Part shown: positions 13,241-27,155 of the stretch, in pieces
How the letters are laid out: every line of letters begins with the position of its first letter
Numbering within the stretch: the first letter of the stretch is position 1
DNA from: the human T2T-CHM13v2.0 reference genome, Homo sapiens
Assembly: GCF_009914755.1 (NCBI RefSeq)
Contig: NC_060936.1
Length of the DNA: 64,000 nucleotides
Strand: one strand, 5' to 3'
Position numbers and translations under genes: made by a program
The notes under the pieces: model-generated
Databases searched by the model: none
What the model saw: the letters and a program-made list of their open reading frames with translations, nothing else
Told to the model about the DNA's origin: nothing

Positions 13241-13900
13241 CCTGGAGAAAGTGCTTTTCCCTGAGTCCGCAGGGCTCAATCTCTCTTACTAGAAATTTCT
13301 TGCAACCTAGCTAGTCTGCAGGGCTTAACCTCGCCTACTAGAGATTTCTTGCACCCTTCAGCTTTTGCTTGTCCTCCATCTGCTTTCCTTGTGGGAATTT
13401 TCAGGTCCCTCTTAGCATAGGCAAGTCAGTATAAACCCCACTAAGGCAAGCCACCTTTAAGCCATATGAGGTGACTGCAGAACGAGATCTAGACTCTGCA
13501 CTTGCTCTGCACTCAATTGTGTGTCTCACTCACACACTTTCAACTTCCAGGATGTCCTGACCACCAAGGAATACTTCACTGTTCCCGTGGCTTTTCTTAC
13601 CTTGGTATGTCCTGACCAAGAAATACTTCACTGCCTCTACAGCTTTTCTTATCTTGGTCCCAACCACCAAGAAAATACTTCATCGTCCCTGCCGCTTTTC
13701 TTACCTTGGTCTGTGCACAGAGTTACCTGGTCACTGCGGTATTTATTTGTAGGCCTTTTTTTCCCACGTTGCTGAGAGTCTGGGTTTATTCATCACACTG
13801 GGTGGGTCTCCATTCCTTGCCCCTGGGGCCACCTCAGTGAGGCAGCAGGACATGTCTCCTCTTAAGAGGTGATCAGAAACTATTCCCCAGAGGAGAATGG

Positions 13901-13920
13901 GATCCCAGGAGGGCCCCTAA
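13901..13920 (-). other. Primer-binding site, tRNA-Pro-like
   Basis: Minus strand TTAGGGGCCCTCCTGGGAT ~ TGGGGGCTCGTCCGGGAT, immediately after the 5' LTR. Confidence 0.65.
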
Positions 13921-13923
13921 ATT

Positions 13924-14487
13924 TGTTGGAAGTAAATGCTCAGTGCCACCAAGTGAAAATAGCACTCAGGCAAAAGTTTTCTCAGCAAGGCAATTTACTT
14001 CTATAGAAGGGTTCATCTCACAGATGAAGCAATGGCGAGAGCACACTGGACAAGGGAGGAGAAGGGGTTCTTATCCTAATGCAGCTAGTCCCTACTGCTG
14101 TATTTTTCCCCATTGTCTAGGGTTGGACTGCACAGTCTAAGCTAATTCCGATTGGCTGTTTTAAAGAAAGCAGGGGTATGAGCCAGAGTGGCAGGGTGAA
14201 TAGTTTCAGTGGGAAGGATGGTTACAGAGGAGGTGACTAGGGATGACTAAGGACAGAGCAGGTGATAGAGGCTAGGAAGGAGTTGTTTACTGAAACTAGG
14301 GGCAAAGAGACATAAAGAACGAGGAAATTAAAATGGAGAACAAAGAACAGGGAAGCTGAACATACTGACATATTGGCTCTTTGAAGAGGAACTCAGAACT
14401 CATTGTACTTAACGATTTTCCCTTCTTAGATTTTAAAGTAAGTTAACAGGCTAAAACCTTTGAAGAGGAATTTGACTGTATCCTACA
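13924..14487 (-). mobile_element. 5' LTR (LTR10 family)
   Basis: Direct repeat of 6732-7291; followed on the minus strand by the PBS. Confidence 0.9.
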
Positions 14488-15128
14488 CCTACCTTATACC
14501 CTATTCAAAAAATAAATTGCAAATTGTTCATAGGTCAAATATATAAAATAAGTCTGTAATATTACTAGAAGAAAAAATCTATCTATATGTATATATACAT
14601 ATTTTTTAAATTTTGATGTTCAGGAAGACTTTCTTAGTGAGAAACACTACAGAACAACAACTAAAAATTCCATAAAAATTACTTCTCTCTGTCAAAGTTT
14701 ATTACAATTAAAATTAAACACAAGCAAAGGACTGAAAGAGACCTTGAAATTAATGTAGTGGAGAAACAGTATTTGTTGTATAGAAAGAGTGACTACAAAA
14801 AAGTTTTTAATACACATAAAGGAGAGAAATTCATGAAAGAAATATAATGGCTCATAAGTCTGTAAATAACATTCAAACTGACTAGTAATTGAAAAAATAT
14901 GAGTGACTACTTTTTACACATAAAATTGAATTAAATTAGGTAAATTGATAGTAACTATTATTATCATGGATGTAGGGGGAATGGGTTCTGAATTTCATTG
15001 CTGGTGAGAAAGTAATTTGTATAGCTTTTCAGAAGGCAATTTAATAGTATTGAATATAATTTTAAACAAGACCATTGACCCAGTAATTCCACTCTGGGGA
15101 ATTTATCCTATAGAAGAAGGCATTTATC

Positions 15129-15441
15129 AGCCGGGTGCAGTGGCTCACACCTGTAATCCTAGCACTTTGGGAGGCCGAGGCGGGTGGATCACGATGTCAG
15201 GAGATCGAGACCATCCTGGCTAACACAGGGAAGCCCCATCTCTACTAAAAAGATACGAAAAATTAGCCGGCTGCAGTGACGGGCGCCTGTAGTCCCAGCT
15301 ACTCGGGAGGCTGAGGCAGGAGAATGGTGTGAACCCATTCACAGAGGTGGAGCTTGCAGTGAGCCAAAATCGCACCAGTGCACTCCAGCCTGGGCTACAG
15401 AGTGAGACTCTGTCTCAAAAAAAAAAAAAAAAAAAAAAAAA
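15129..15441 (+). mobile_element. AluY
   Basis: GATCGAGACCATCC, GGAGCTTGCAGTG; TSD GGCATTTATC. Confidence 0.93.
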
Positions 15442-16630
15442 CGGCATTTATCCAACAGAAATACTTTTATATGCCAACAAAATTTCATGTACAAGGATGT
15501 GTGTGCCACTATACTGTTTGTAATACCAACACTAGAAACAAACATCTATCAGTATGGATATAGTTAAATTATACTGCATCCATACTATTCACCAAAACAA
15601 ATTGGTTAAACAATGAGGTTATCTACATAAGTTTGCAAAGAAATATATGCTAATGATTATTGTTAAGAGAAAGAAAGTCACAGAAAAAAAAACACAAGAT
15701 GTTCCCATTTATATATTTTTAAAAGCATATAATGTGGAAATATAGATAAAGATGTGTAAATCCATAGCAATTTCTGAATGAACACAAACTAAACTGTAAG
15801 TAGTGGATATTCTGAAGGAAATGCTTTGCCAGAGAAATAAGATTTCCTTTTTTGCTCTCTATACTTATTATTTGAGGATTTTTTTTCACAATCAGAATCA
15901 TGTATTTCTTGAATAATTAGAAACAAAAACAAAATTTTCTCTCTTTTTGATAAAAATGCTCAGAAATGAAGCTTATAATTATTTTACATCTTCAATTTGG
16001 TCAGGACTAAAGGTAGAAAAAGGTGTACATTTTACCATTTATAGTTAATCAAATGAAAATCACCTTTATACACAAGAATAATCATTCAGTGAAAATTATA
16101 AGAAATACAGTATATTTACTCTACAGTTGTGTATCCACATCAGATTCTACATTTCTTTGAGATTACAATAAAAATATTTTTTTACAGGGAGTAAAATACA
16201 CAAGGACACGCACACATGCACACACAGATGTTTATTGCAGGAATGTGAAATTAATAATCTTCTCAGAAACTGCAGGTTTTGAAATCTGTGTACCTTAGAT
16301 AAACCTATCTCTCCTAGCCTCCATTTCTGAGAGAGAGAAGGAAAAGTATTAGAAAGAGGAAAAGAAGAGGATAAAGGAATTGCTTCTTTTTCTTACGCAT
16401 TTTTTTTAAATTTGAGGTTTTATTGTAAAATTTTTAAAATATATAAACAGTAGTACAATAAAACCCCTGTACCCATAACCTTTCTTAGGTAAATATCTAC
16501 TCAAAACCATCTTGTTTCACCTATACTCCACTCCCTTTCACCCTTCCCCTAGATTATTTTGAAGAAAATCCCAGACATCATATCGTTTCAACCATAATAC
16601 CTTGGCGGGTAGACCTGAAGATAAAGTTCT

Positions 16631-19600
16631 GTGGTGGAGCAAGATGATTGAGTAGAAACCTCTAATGGTCATTCACCCCGCAGAAACACCAAATTAAACA
16701 ATTATCCACACAAAAAAGCACCTTCATAAGAACCAACAATCAGGTAAGCAATCACAGTAACTGTTTTTAACTTCATATCACTGAAAGAGGCACTGAAGAG
16801 GGAGGAAAAACGGTCTCGAATTGCTGACACCAACCCTTCCTCCAAGCCCTGGCAGTGGCTGCATGGTGAGGAGAGAGAATCTGTACACTTTGGGGAGGAA
16901 GAGCACAGTGACTGTGGCAGAGCTCAGGTGGCACCACAGAGGGAGCATTTACACCAGCCCTAGCCAGATGGGAATTGTCCATCCTGGCACTTGGATCCTG
17001 AGTTAAGGCAAGTCTTGCCACTATGGGCTAAAGGACTCTGGGATCCTAAATAAACTTGAAAGCCAGTCAAGACCACAAGGACTGCAATTCCTGGGCAAGT
17101 CCTGATCCTGTGCTGGGCTTAGAGCCAGTGGACATGGGGGGCATGCAGCCTAGTGAAACACCAACAGAGGTGGTCAAGAAAGTGCTCCTGCCACCCTGCC
17201 TCAACCCCAGGCAGCACAGCTAGAAGGTCTAAGAGAGACTCCTTAACCCTCTTGAGGAGAAGAGAGAGAAGAGGAAAGATAATTTTGTCTTGCAACTTGG
17301 ATACCCTCACAGCCACAGTAGGATAGGTCACTGGGCAGAGTCCTGAGGCACCTATTCCAGGCCCTAGCTCCTGCATGACATTTCTAGGCACAGAAGGGAA
17401 CCTACTGCTTTGAAGGGAAGGACCTAGACCTGACAGATTTTATTACCTGCTGACTACAGAGCACTTGGGCCCTGAATAATCAGCAGCAGTACACAGGCAG
17501 TACTTGCCTTGGAATTTGGAGGAGACTCAGAGACATGCTGGTTTCAGGTGTCCTCTAGCACATTCCCAGCTATGGTGGCTGAGAAGAGACTCCTTCTGCT
17601 TGAGAAAGGAGAGGAAAGAGTAAAGGGGACTTTGTCTTGCAGCATAGGCACCAGCTTGGCCACAATGAGCTACAGAACCAAGCAGGCCCTTGGGGGTCCC
17701 TGATTCCAGGCCTTGGCCCTTGGAAGGCAATTTTGGACCTGCCTTGGGCCAGAGGAGAGCCCACTGCCCAGAAGGGAGAGTCCCAGGCCTGGCGGCATTC
17801 ATCACAGACTGACTGAGGAGCCCTTGGTCCTTGAATGAACAATAGCAGTAGACTGGCAGTATTTGCTGGGGGCCTGGGTGGTGATAGCCACAGGGAGAGA
17901 CTCTTCTGCCTGTGGAAATGGGAAAAAAATAGCAAGGACTTTGTCTTGTGGCTTGGGTGGCAGCTCAGCCAGAGTAGAATAGAGTACTAGGTAGATGCCT
18001 AAGGTTTCCAATGTCAGGCCCTGGCTTCTGGATGGCATTTCTGGACATGCCAGTGACCAGAGGGAACTTGCCACCCTGAAGGGAAAGATACAAGTCTGGC
18101 TGGCTTTGACACCTGCTGGTTATAGAGCTCTAGGGCCTTGAGCAAACATAGTAAGTAACAAGGCAGTGCTTACAGTGAGCCTTGGGCAAGACTCAGTGTT
18201 TTGCTGGCTTTAGATCTGATCCCGTTCCCATGTATGTCCAATGGTGTTGGCTACAGGGAAGCTTGTGTCACCCATCCCCCAGATTCAGGCAGCTCAGAAC
18301 AGAGAAAGAGACTCCATTTATTTAGGAGAAAGTAAGGGAAGAGAACAAGAGTCTCTGCCTGGTAATACATATAATTCTTCTGGATCTTATCCGAGACCAC
18401 CAAAGCAGTACCTCTCTGAGTGTGCAAGATCCACGGTGTTACTTGGCTTGGAGTACCCACTAATGCAGACATGGATGCAGTGATCGAAAACTTAAATTAT
18501 AGCACACAAGTCCCTTTGAATACTTGGAAACCTTCCCAAGACAAATGGGTGCAAACAAGCCCAGACTGCAGTCACTACAATAAATACCTAACTCTTCAAT
18601 ACCCAGACACCGAAGAGCACTCACAAACATCAACACCATCCAAGAAAACATGACTTCACCAAAAAAAAAAAAAAAAAAAAAAAACTAAATAGTACAGCAG
18701 GGACCAGTCTGGAAGAGACAGATATGTGACCTTTCAGACAAAAATAGCTGTTTTGAGGAAATTCAGTGAAATTCAAGATAACACACACAGAGAAAATCAG
18801 AATTCTATCAGATAAATTTAACAAAGGGATTGAAATAATTGAAAAGAATTAAGCGGCAATTCAGGAGTTAAAAAACTCAATTGACATACTGAAGAATATA
18901 TCAGAGTCACTTAAGAGCAGAATCAACCAAGCAGAAGAAATAATTAGTGAGCTTAAAGACAGGCTATTTAAAAATACATGGTCAGAGGGGAGAAAAGAAA
19001 ACAGAATTAAAAAGAATGACACACACCTATAAGATCTAGAAAATAACCACAAAAACAAAAATCTGAATTAGTGGCCTTAAAAAAGAGGTAGAAAGAGAGA
19101 TAGGGGCAGAAAATGTGTTCAAAGGCACAATAACAGAGAACTTTCCAGGCCTAGAGAAAGACGTGAATATTCAAGTATCATATTCAAGTATGTTTATAGA
19201 AAGTTATTGAACACGAAGCAGATTTAACCCAGATAAGACTACCTCAAGACATTTAATAATCAAACTTCCAAAGGTCAAGGAGAAAAACTGTATCCTAAAA
19301 GCAGCAAGAAAAAAGAAACAAATAACATACAATGGAGCTCCAATACCTCTGGCCAGAGACTTCTCCATGGAAACCTTACAGGCCTGGAGAGAGTAGCATG
19401 ACATGTTTAAAGTGCTGAAAGAAAAAACCCTTTTATCCTGGAATAACATACCCAGCAAACATGAAGGAAAAATAAAGACTTTCCCAGACAAACAAAACCT
19501 GAAGGATTTCATCAACACCAGACCTGTCCTAGAAGAAATGCTAAAGGGAGTTCTTCAACCCAAATGAGAAGGATGTTAATGAGCAATAAACCATCATCCA

Positions 19601-22600
19601 AATGTACAAAACTCACTAGTAACAGTAAGTACACAGAAAAACCCAGAATATTATAACACTGCAACTGGGGTGTGTAAACTATTCATATCTTAAGTAGAAA
19701 GACTAAAAGATGAACCAATTAAAAATAATAACTTTTCAAGACATACTATAATAAGACATGAATAGAAATAACCATCCTAAGTTTTAAAGTGAGGAAGTAA
19801 ACTTAAAGTATGAATTTTTTATTAGTTTTCTCTTTGCTTGTTTATTAGTATGTTTATACAAACAGCATTAGTGGTCATTGGTTTTTAAAAAATGGGTTAT
19901 AAGATATTATTCACAAGCCTCATGGTAACCTCAATTCAAAACACATAGAAACAGATACACTAAAAATAAAAAGCAACAAATTAAAATATATCATCACAGA
20001 AAATCACATTCACTAAAAGGAAGGAAAAAAGAGAAGACCACAAAACAACCAGAAAACAAATAACAAAATGAGAGGCAATATTTACTTATCAATAATAGTG
20101 TTGAATATAAATGAACTAAACTCTCCAACTAAAAGACATAGAGTGGCTAAACGGATTTAAAACAACAACAATGACCTCTTGCCTAGAAGAAATGCACTTC
20201 ACCTATAAAGACAAACATAGACCTAAAATAAAAGTGTAGCAAAAGATATTTCATGCCAATGGAAACCAAAAAAAGAGCAGAAGTAGCTACACTTATATCT
20301 GGCAAAATAGATTTCAAGACAAAAACTATCAAAAGAGACAAACAAGGTCACTATATAATGATAAAGGGGTCAATTCAGCAAGAATACATAACACTTTTAA
20401 ACATATATGTACCCAATGCTGAAACATCCAGATATATAAAGCAAATATTAGAGCTAAAGAGAGAGATAGATTCCAATACAGTAACAGCTGGAGACTTCAA
20501 CACCCCACTGTCAGCATCGTACAGATCTCTGATGGAGAAAATCAGCCAATCTTAATCTGCACTGTAGACCAAATGGACCAAGTAGATACTTACAGAACAT
20601 TTCATCCAATGGCTGTAGAATACACATTCTTCTCCTTAGCACTTGGATTATTCTCAAGGACATATGTTAGGCCACAAAAGAAGTCTTAAACATTTTCTTA
20701 ATTAAAATCAAAGAATTATCTCTGACCATATGGGAATAAAACTAGAAGTCAAAAACTAGAGGAATATGAGAAACTATACAAACAAATGGAAATTAAACAA
20801 TATGCTCCTCAAAGACCTGTGGGTCAATGAAGAAATTAAGAAAGAAATTGAAAAATTTCTTGAAAGAAGTGATAATGAAAACACAACATACCAAAACATG
20901 GGATACAGCAAAAGCAGTACTGAGAGCTATAAACACCTACAAGAAAAAAAAAACTAGAAAAACTTCAAATAAACAACCTAATAATGAATCTTAAGGAACT
21001 AGAAAAGCAAGAGCAAACCAAAACCAAAATTAGCAGAAGAAAATAATAAACACTGAGGCAGAAATAAATGAAACGGACATAAAGAAAACAATACAAAAGA
21101 TAAATGAAATAAAATAGTATTTTGAAAAGATAAAAAAACCTTTAGCCATACTAAGAAAGAAAGAGAGAAGACCCAAATAAATAAGATCAGAGATGAAAAA
21201 GGTAACATTACAACTGATACTACAGTAATTCAAAGGACCATTAGAGGGTACTATGAGCAGCTGTATGTCAATAAATGGGGAACCTAGAAGAAATTGATAA
21301 ATTGCTAGATACACACAACCTAACAAAGTTGAACCACAAAGAAACACAAGACATGAACAAACCAATAACAAGTAATGAAATTGAAGCCTTAATAAAAAAT
21401 TATCCCAACAAAGAAAAGCCTAGGTTTCACTGCTGAATTTTACCAAATATTTAAAGAAGAACTAACAACAATTCTACTCAAACTATTTCAGAAAACAGAG
21501 GAGGGAATACTACTAAACTCATTCCACAAGACTAGTATGACTCCGATACTAAAATCAAAGACACATTAAAAAAGAGAAAACTACAGTCCAATATTCCTGA
21601 TGAACATTGATGCAAAAGTCCTCAACAAAATACTGTCAAACCAAATTCAACAACACATTTAAAAAGGTAACTCATGATGAACAAGTGGAATTTATGCCAG
21701 GGATGCAAGGATGGTTCAACATATGCATGTCAACCAATGTAATGCATCATATAAACAGAATGAAGGACAAAAACCATATAGTCATTTCAATTGATGCTGA
21801 AAAAGCTTTTGATAAAATTCAACATACTTTCAAGATAAAATACCTCAAAAAACTGGGTATAGAAGAAACTTACCTCAACACAATAAAAGCCATATATGGT
21901 AGATCCATAGCTCCACAGCTAGTATCATACTGAATGGGAAAAAAATGAAAGTCTTTCCTCTAAGATCTGGAACATGAGAAGGATGCCCACTTTCACCACT
22001 GTTATTCAACATACTACTGGAAATTCTAGGTACAGCAATCAAATGAGAAAAAAATAAAGGACATTCAGATTGGAAACAAAGGAGTCCAATTATCCTTGTT
22101 TGCAGATGATATGATCTTATATTTGGAAAAACTCCACCAAAAAAGCTATTAGAACTGATACACAAATACACTAAAGTTGCAGGATACAAAGTCAACATAC
22201 AAAAATCAGTAGCATTTCTATATGCCAACAGAAAATAGTCTGAAAAAGGAATCAAGAAAGCAATCTCATTAACAATAGCTACAAATAAAATCAAATACCT
22301 AGGAATTATCTTAATCAAAGAATTAAAAGATATCAATGACAAAAGCTGTAAAATATCGATGAATGAAATTGAAGAGGACACAAAAGAATGGAAAGATATT
22401 CCATGGTCATGTATTACAAGAATCAATATTGTGAAAACGCCCATGCTACTCTAAGCAATATACAGATTTAATGTAATCCCAATCAAAATATCAATGACAT
22501 TCTTCACAGAAATAGAAAAGGCAACCCTAAAATTTATATGAAACCATAAAAGGCACAGAATAACAAAAGCTATCCTAAGCAAAAGAACAAAACTGGAGAA

Positions 22601-23976
22601 ATCACATTACCTGACTTCAATTTATACTACCGAGCTATAGTAACCAAAACAGCATGGTACTGGCATAAAAACAGACACATAGACCAATGAAATAGCATAG
22701 AGAACCCAGAAACAAATCCAAACACCTGCAGTGAACTCATTTTTGATTAAGGTACCAAGAACATACATTGGGGAAAGAACGGTCTCTTCAATAAATGGTG
22801 CTGGGAAAACTGGATATACATATTTAAAAGAATGAAACTAGTTCCCTATCTTTCATTTATACAAAAATCAAATCAAAATGGATTAAAGACTTCAATCTAA
22901 GACTTCAAACTATGAAAGTACTACAAGAAAACATTGGGGAAAACTCTCCAAGACATTGGAGTGGGCAAAGATTTCTTGATTAATACCCCACAAGCACAGG
23001 CAACCAAAGCAAAAATGGACACATGGGATCACGATCAACTTAACAAGCTCTTCACAGCAAAGGGAACAATCAACAATGGGAAGAGACAGCCAACAGAGTA
23101 GGAGAAAATATTTGCTAACTACCCATCTGACAAGGGATTAATAACCAGAATATACAAGGAGCTCAAACAACTCTGAAGGAAAAAATCTAATAATCTAATT
23201 AAAAATGGGCAAAAGATCTGAATAGATATTTCTCAAAAGAAGACATATGAATGGAAAACAGATATATAAAAAGGTGTTCAACATCATTGGTCATCAGAGA
23301 AATGCAAATCAAGACTAAATGAGATATCATCTCACCCCAGATAAAATGGCTTTTATCCAAAAGACAGGCAATAAAGAATTATGACAAAGATGTGAAGAAA
23401 AAGAACCCTTGTACACTGTAGGTGGGTATGTAAATTAGTACAACCACTATGGAGAACAGTTTGGAGGTTGTTCAGAAAACTAAAAATAGAGCTATCATAT
23501 GATCTAGAAATCTCATTTCTAGGTATATACAAAAAAGAAAGGACATTAGTATATCAAAAACATATTTGCACTCTCATATTTATTGCAGCACTATTCAAAA
23601 TAGCCAAGATTTGGAAGCAACCTAAATGTCCATCAACAGATGAATAAATAAAAAAAAGTGGTACATTTACACAATGGAGTACTATTTAGCTGTAAAAAGG
23701 AATGAGATCCTCTCATTTGCAACATCACGGATGGAAGTGGAGGTAAATATGTTAGTGAAATAAGCTGGGCACAGAAAGACAAGCTTCACATGTTCTCCCT
23801 GATTTGTGGGAGCTAAAAATTAAAACAATTGAACTCATGGAGATAGTAGAAGGATAGTTATCAGAGGCTGGAAAGGGTAGTGAGGGGGGAAGTGAGGATG
23901 GTTAATGGGCACAAAAATATAGTTAGATAGAATGAATAAGTTCTGTTATTTGATAGCACGACAGGGTGACTAGTCA
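16631..23976 (+). mobile_element. Near full-length old L1 (L1MA2/3-like 3' end, long L1M1-type 5' UTR), 3' tail missing
   Basis: GGAGCAAGATG start; ORF1 about 18650-19570; ORF2 fragments ([29 protein letters not shown]); 3' UTR stops at CAGGGTGACT with no poly(A). Confidence 0.9.
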
Positions 23977-23987
23977 CTTTTGTGATT

Positions 23988-24035
23988 CTAGTGGCCATGA
24001 ATATTCATTGCCTAGACTCATAAGAGATTTATAAG
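23988..24035 (+). pseudogene. CNTRL-like pseudo-exon remnant wedged between L1 and MaLR LTR
   Basis: IHCLDS*E ~ IDSLDSKD. Confidence 0.4.
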
Positions 24036-24039
24036 TTTT

Positions 24040-24410
24040 TTTAGGCTGTTTGGGCTGCTATAACAAAATACTTTGGACTAAGTAATTTATAAACAATAGA
24101 AATTTATAGCTCACAATTCTGGAGCCTGGGAAGTCCAGTGTGAGGGTGGGAGCAAATTTAGTTTCTGGTGAGGGCCCACTCCTCATAAATGGCACCTTCT
24201 ATATGTCCTCACATGGCAGATGGTCAAGACAACCCTCTCAGTCTCTTTTATAAAGACACTAATCCCATTCTTGGGGGCAGAGCCCTCATAACTTAGTCAC
24301 CTCCCAAAGGTCTCATTTTTTTATATCAACACATTGGGGATTAAATTTCAATATATGAATTTGGGAGTTGCAGGGGGTGGTACAGGGGGACAAACATTCA
24401 GAACTCAACA
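24040..24410 (-). mobile_element. MaLR LTR (MLT1A/MSTD-like)
   Basis: GGGCTGCTATAACAAAATAC...CAAACATTCAG. Confidence 0.8.
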
Positions 24411-24888
24411 ACAGTTTTGAAAAGATTTAAGCTGTTATGTCATGGAATTTGCTCTTACAAGTTGGCAGGCTTGGTACTAGTGTCTACATTGTACTGAGAG
24501 AATAATTATAACTCATTTATGGGAATAGTAGAGTCATAATGAACCCAAACAATTCATCCAGCTCAAGAAGACAGCAAAAATGTGGCTATGCCACCCCACT
24601 CTACTCCCTCCATACAAACATTTTTTTCTTTTTTTTTCAGGAAAAAAAATTGTTTGCATTCATTTAGGTATGGAATTTTATGCCTCATTTCCAAACTAAT
24701 TTCCTGATGGGGATGGTATAGGCAGTGGGGACAGGATATAGGTAAAAATAGATGCACAGGCAATTTCTATTGTACATATACATGCGTTTGTTCTTATATC
24801 CCATTATGCCATACTTATCAGTCACAACAATAGCAAGCATAAGGGATAGCCCTACAGCTGTGTCTATTTCAACCTGGTTTCAATGTAG

Positions 24889-24954
24889 GACAGAGCAAAG
24901 CTATACAACTGCTGAAAAGCAATTGCAAATATTTGGAGCATATTGGAAAAAATT
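24889..24954 (+). pseudogene. CNTRL-like pseudo-exon remnant
   Basis: tttcaatgtAG ... GTATTT; QSKAIQLLKSNCKYLE weakly ~ KEQQLDIMNKQYQQLE. Confidence 0.4.
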
Positions 24955-25449
24955 GTATTTTTTCCATTCAAACCGTGTTAGAATTAACACATAGAAAGGG
25001 GACTTAACTAAGATCTACCACTGTTCAGAACAGAGTGATAAGCATAATTACCCACTTTGCAACATGATTTAAATTTTCATTTACTTATTCTGTGTCTAAG
25101 AAATATTTATTGAGTGTCACTATATAGTGGACATTTTACAGGAAATTTAGTTATATAGTAAGCAAAAGTAACTGCCTAGAAAGTGAGACAATTAAACAAC
25201 AACACAAGTAAATATAAAATTACAAGAAGGAGAGGTACTTGATGTGTTAAGTGAATATAATAGGAGGACTAAACCTAGACTAGAAGATCAGAAGCTGTTA
25301 TCCTGGAGGAGGGAGAAGCTAAATTGGCATGGATTGCGGAATGAGTAGAAATTGTGAAATTGTGGCTGGAATGCTTTTAAATGATGGGAATGGAATGTGA
25401 GATGAGACGGGAGAGTTAGAGAGTAACAGGATCAATAGGATATTATGTT

Positions 25450-25581
25450 GTCTGGCCACATGTTCCAGCTTTCCCAGGGTAGTCCAGGTTTATGTCAGTT
25501 GTCCTAACACATCCATTAATAGTTCCCCTTTATACTTACTAAAGTGTCCCATTCTGAGCTACAAGTTATATAGTCACCCTA
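25450..25581. mobile_element. MER81 (hAT) within L2 remnants (about 25080-25890)
   Basis: ...AAAGTGTCCC...TAGTCACCCTA terminus. Confidence 0.6.
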
Positions 25582-26021
25582 TCTACAGGCCATTTTATAA
25601 AAAATTATCCCAAGGTGAACTCACTGAAATTTTAACCAAAGAAGTCATAATTAGACTTGATTGTAAAAAATAAAAATCACTCTGGTTGCATCAATGTATT
25701 GTAGGGGGTGGAAGGTTGTAGGGACTGGTTAGAGGATCTTGAAGTTCAGGACAAAAGTGATGTCTAACACATAGCAAGAATGGATCCATTGGAGAGCTTA
25801 AGAGAACTTGATGATATTTTGGAAAGGGTAACAAAGATAAGGGAGAAGGGAAAGAGGTATTAGGAATGATACCCAGGTTTGTCTGTGAGTGTGTGTTGAA
25901 AAATGGCACAAAGCTGTGTTGCAGAAATAGAATAAGCAGATCATGGAGGCATCTAGATTTGCATTTTTTTCCAAATCGGTAAAATGAATAATCTGAAGAA
26001 CAAGGATATTAGGGATGTTAG

Positions 26022-26353
<332 letters not shown>

Positions 26354-26929
26354 TGAAGTAATCTTTTTAAAGTGCAGGTCATCTGATACCGGCTCCAGTT
26401 CAGAACTCTTCAATGGCGTTTTAGAATTAAATTCAAAATTTATTTTACGTATGAGGCCATATGTACTTGGCTTCTAGCCACTTCTCCAGGTTCATTTTCC
26501 TCTTGTCCAGGCAGTGAGCTTCTTGCTCTAACTTAACAAACGAACTCTAACTTGGGGAGAATATTCTTGCTGTTCCATCAGTTCTGTCCCAAGATGTTGC
26601 ATAGATCATCTTTAGGTCAGTACAATCTTTGCTTAAACATCACTCTTCAGAATCCTTTCCTGACTGCTCTAAAATAGCATTATTTCAGACAATGTTTTAT
26701 TTAATTTTGCATTGTTTAATTTCATGGCACTTAATTACCTGACATTGTATTACACAGTTATTTATTATTTTCCAAGTGTTTTCCAGTGGAATGTAAGACC
26801 CTTGCAGCTAGAAAAAAATTATTTTGATTTTCTGCAATAGGTAATGACTAGGAGATTAACCATTTTGGTTTACTGCATAAGCAATGACTAGGAGTTTGAT
26901 AAATATTTATTTTATATAATTGTTAGTAG

Positions 26930-26978
26930 GAGAGCAGGAGATCAAGAAACTGAAATGATTGACCACATGAATGCTGAG
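26930..26978 (+). pseudogene. CNTRL-like pseudo-exon remnant
   Basis: [10 protein letters not shown] ~ TEEIKDLEEQLT. Confidence 0.45.
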
Positions 26979-27003
26979 GTGCCCTAGGCTGGACAAAAGT
27001 TGC

Positions 27004-27155
27004 TTTTTTAAAAAAAAATTATTTATGTATTTATTTTTACAGAGATAAGGTGTCAGTGTTGCCCAGGCTGGTTGAGAACTCCTGAGCTCAAGTGATACTC
27101 CTGCTTTGGCCTTCCAAAATGCTAGGATTACAGGCATGAGACACCACACCCTGCC
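27004..27155 (-). mobile_element. FLAM monomer
   Basis: Single monomer; TSD TGGACAAAAGTTG. Confidence 0.85.

Larger units (their letters stand above)
6732..14487 (-). mobile_element. HERV-I/HERVIP10-type provirus (LTR10 family), internally deleted
   Basis: Two about 560-bp LTRs (TG...CA), Pro-like PBS, PPT GAAAGGGGGAAGAT, gag/pro/pol/env remnants, 4-bp TSD CCTG/CCTA. Confidence 0.9.
6290..15900 (+). mobile_element. Very old L1M (ORF2/3' region) interrupted by the ERV and an AluY
   Basis: Removing the provirus rejoins AATAATCCCTA|CCTTATACCCTATTCAAAAATAAAT (L1 ORF2 '[11 protein letters not shown]'-like); [11 protein letters not shown] at about 15077. Confidence 0.7.

Noticed and set aside
13555-13712. 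CRISPR-like spaced repeats
   Set aside because: Eukaryotic retroviral leader repeat; no unique spacers or cas genes.
17200-18400. About 330-bp degenerate repeats (GAAGGGA... units)
   Set aside because: Internal repeat structure of the old L1 5' UTR, not an independent array.
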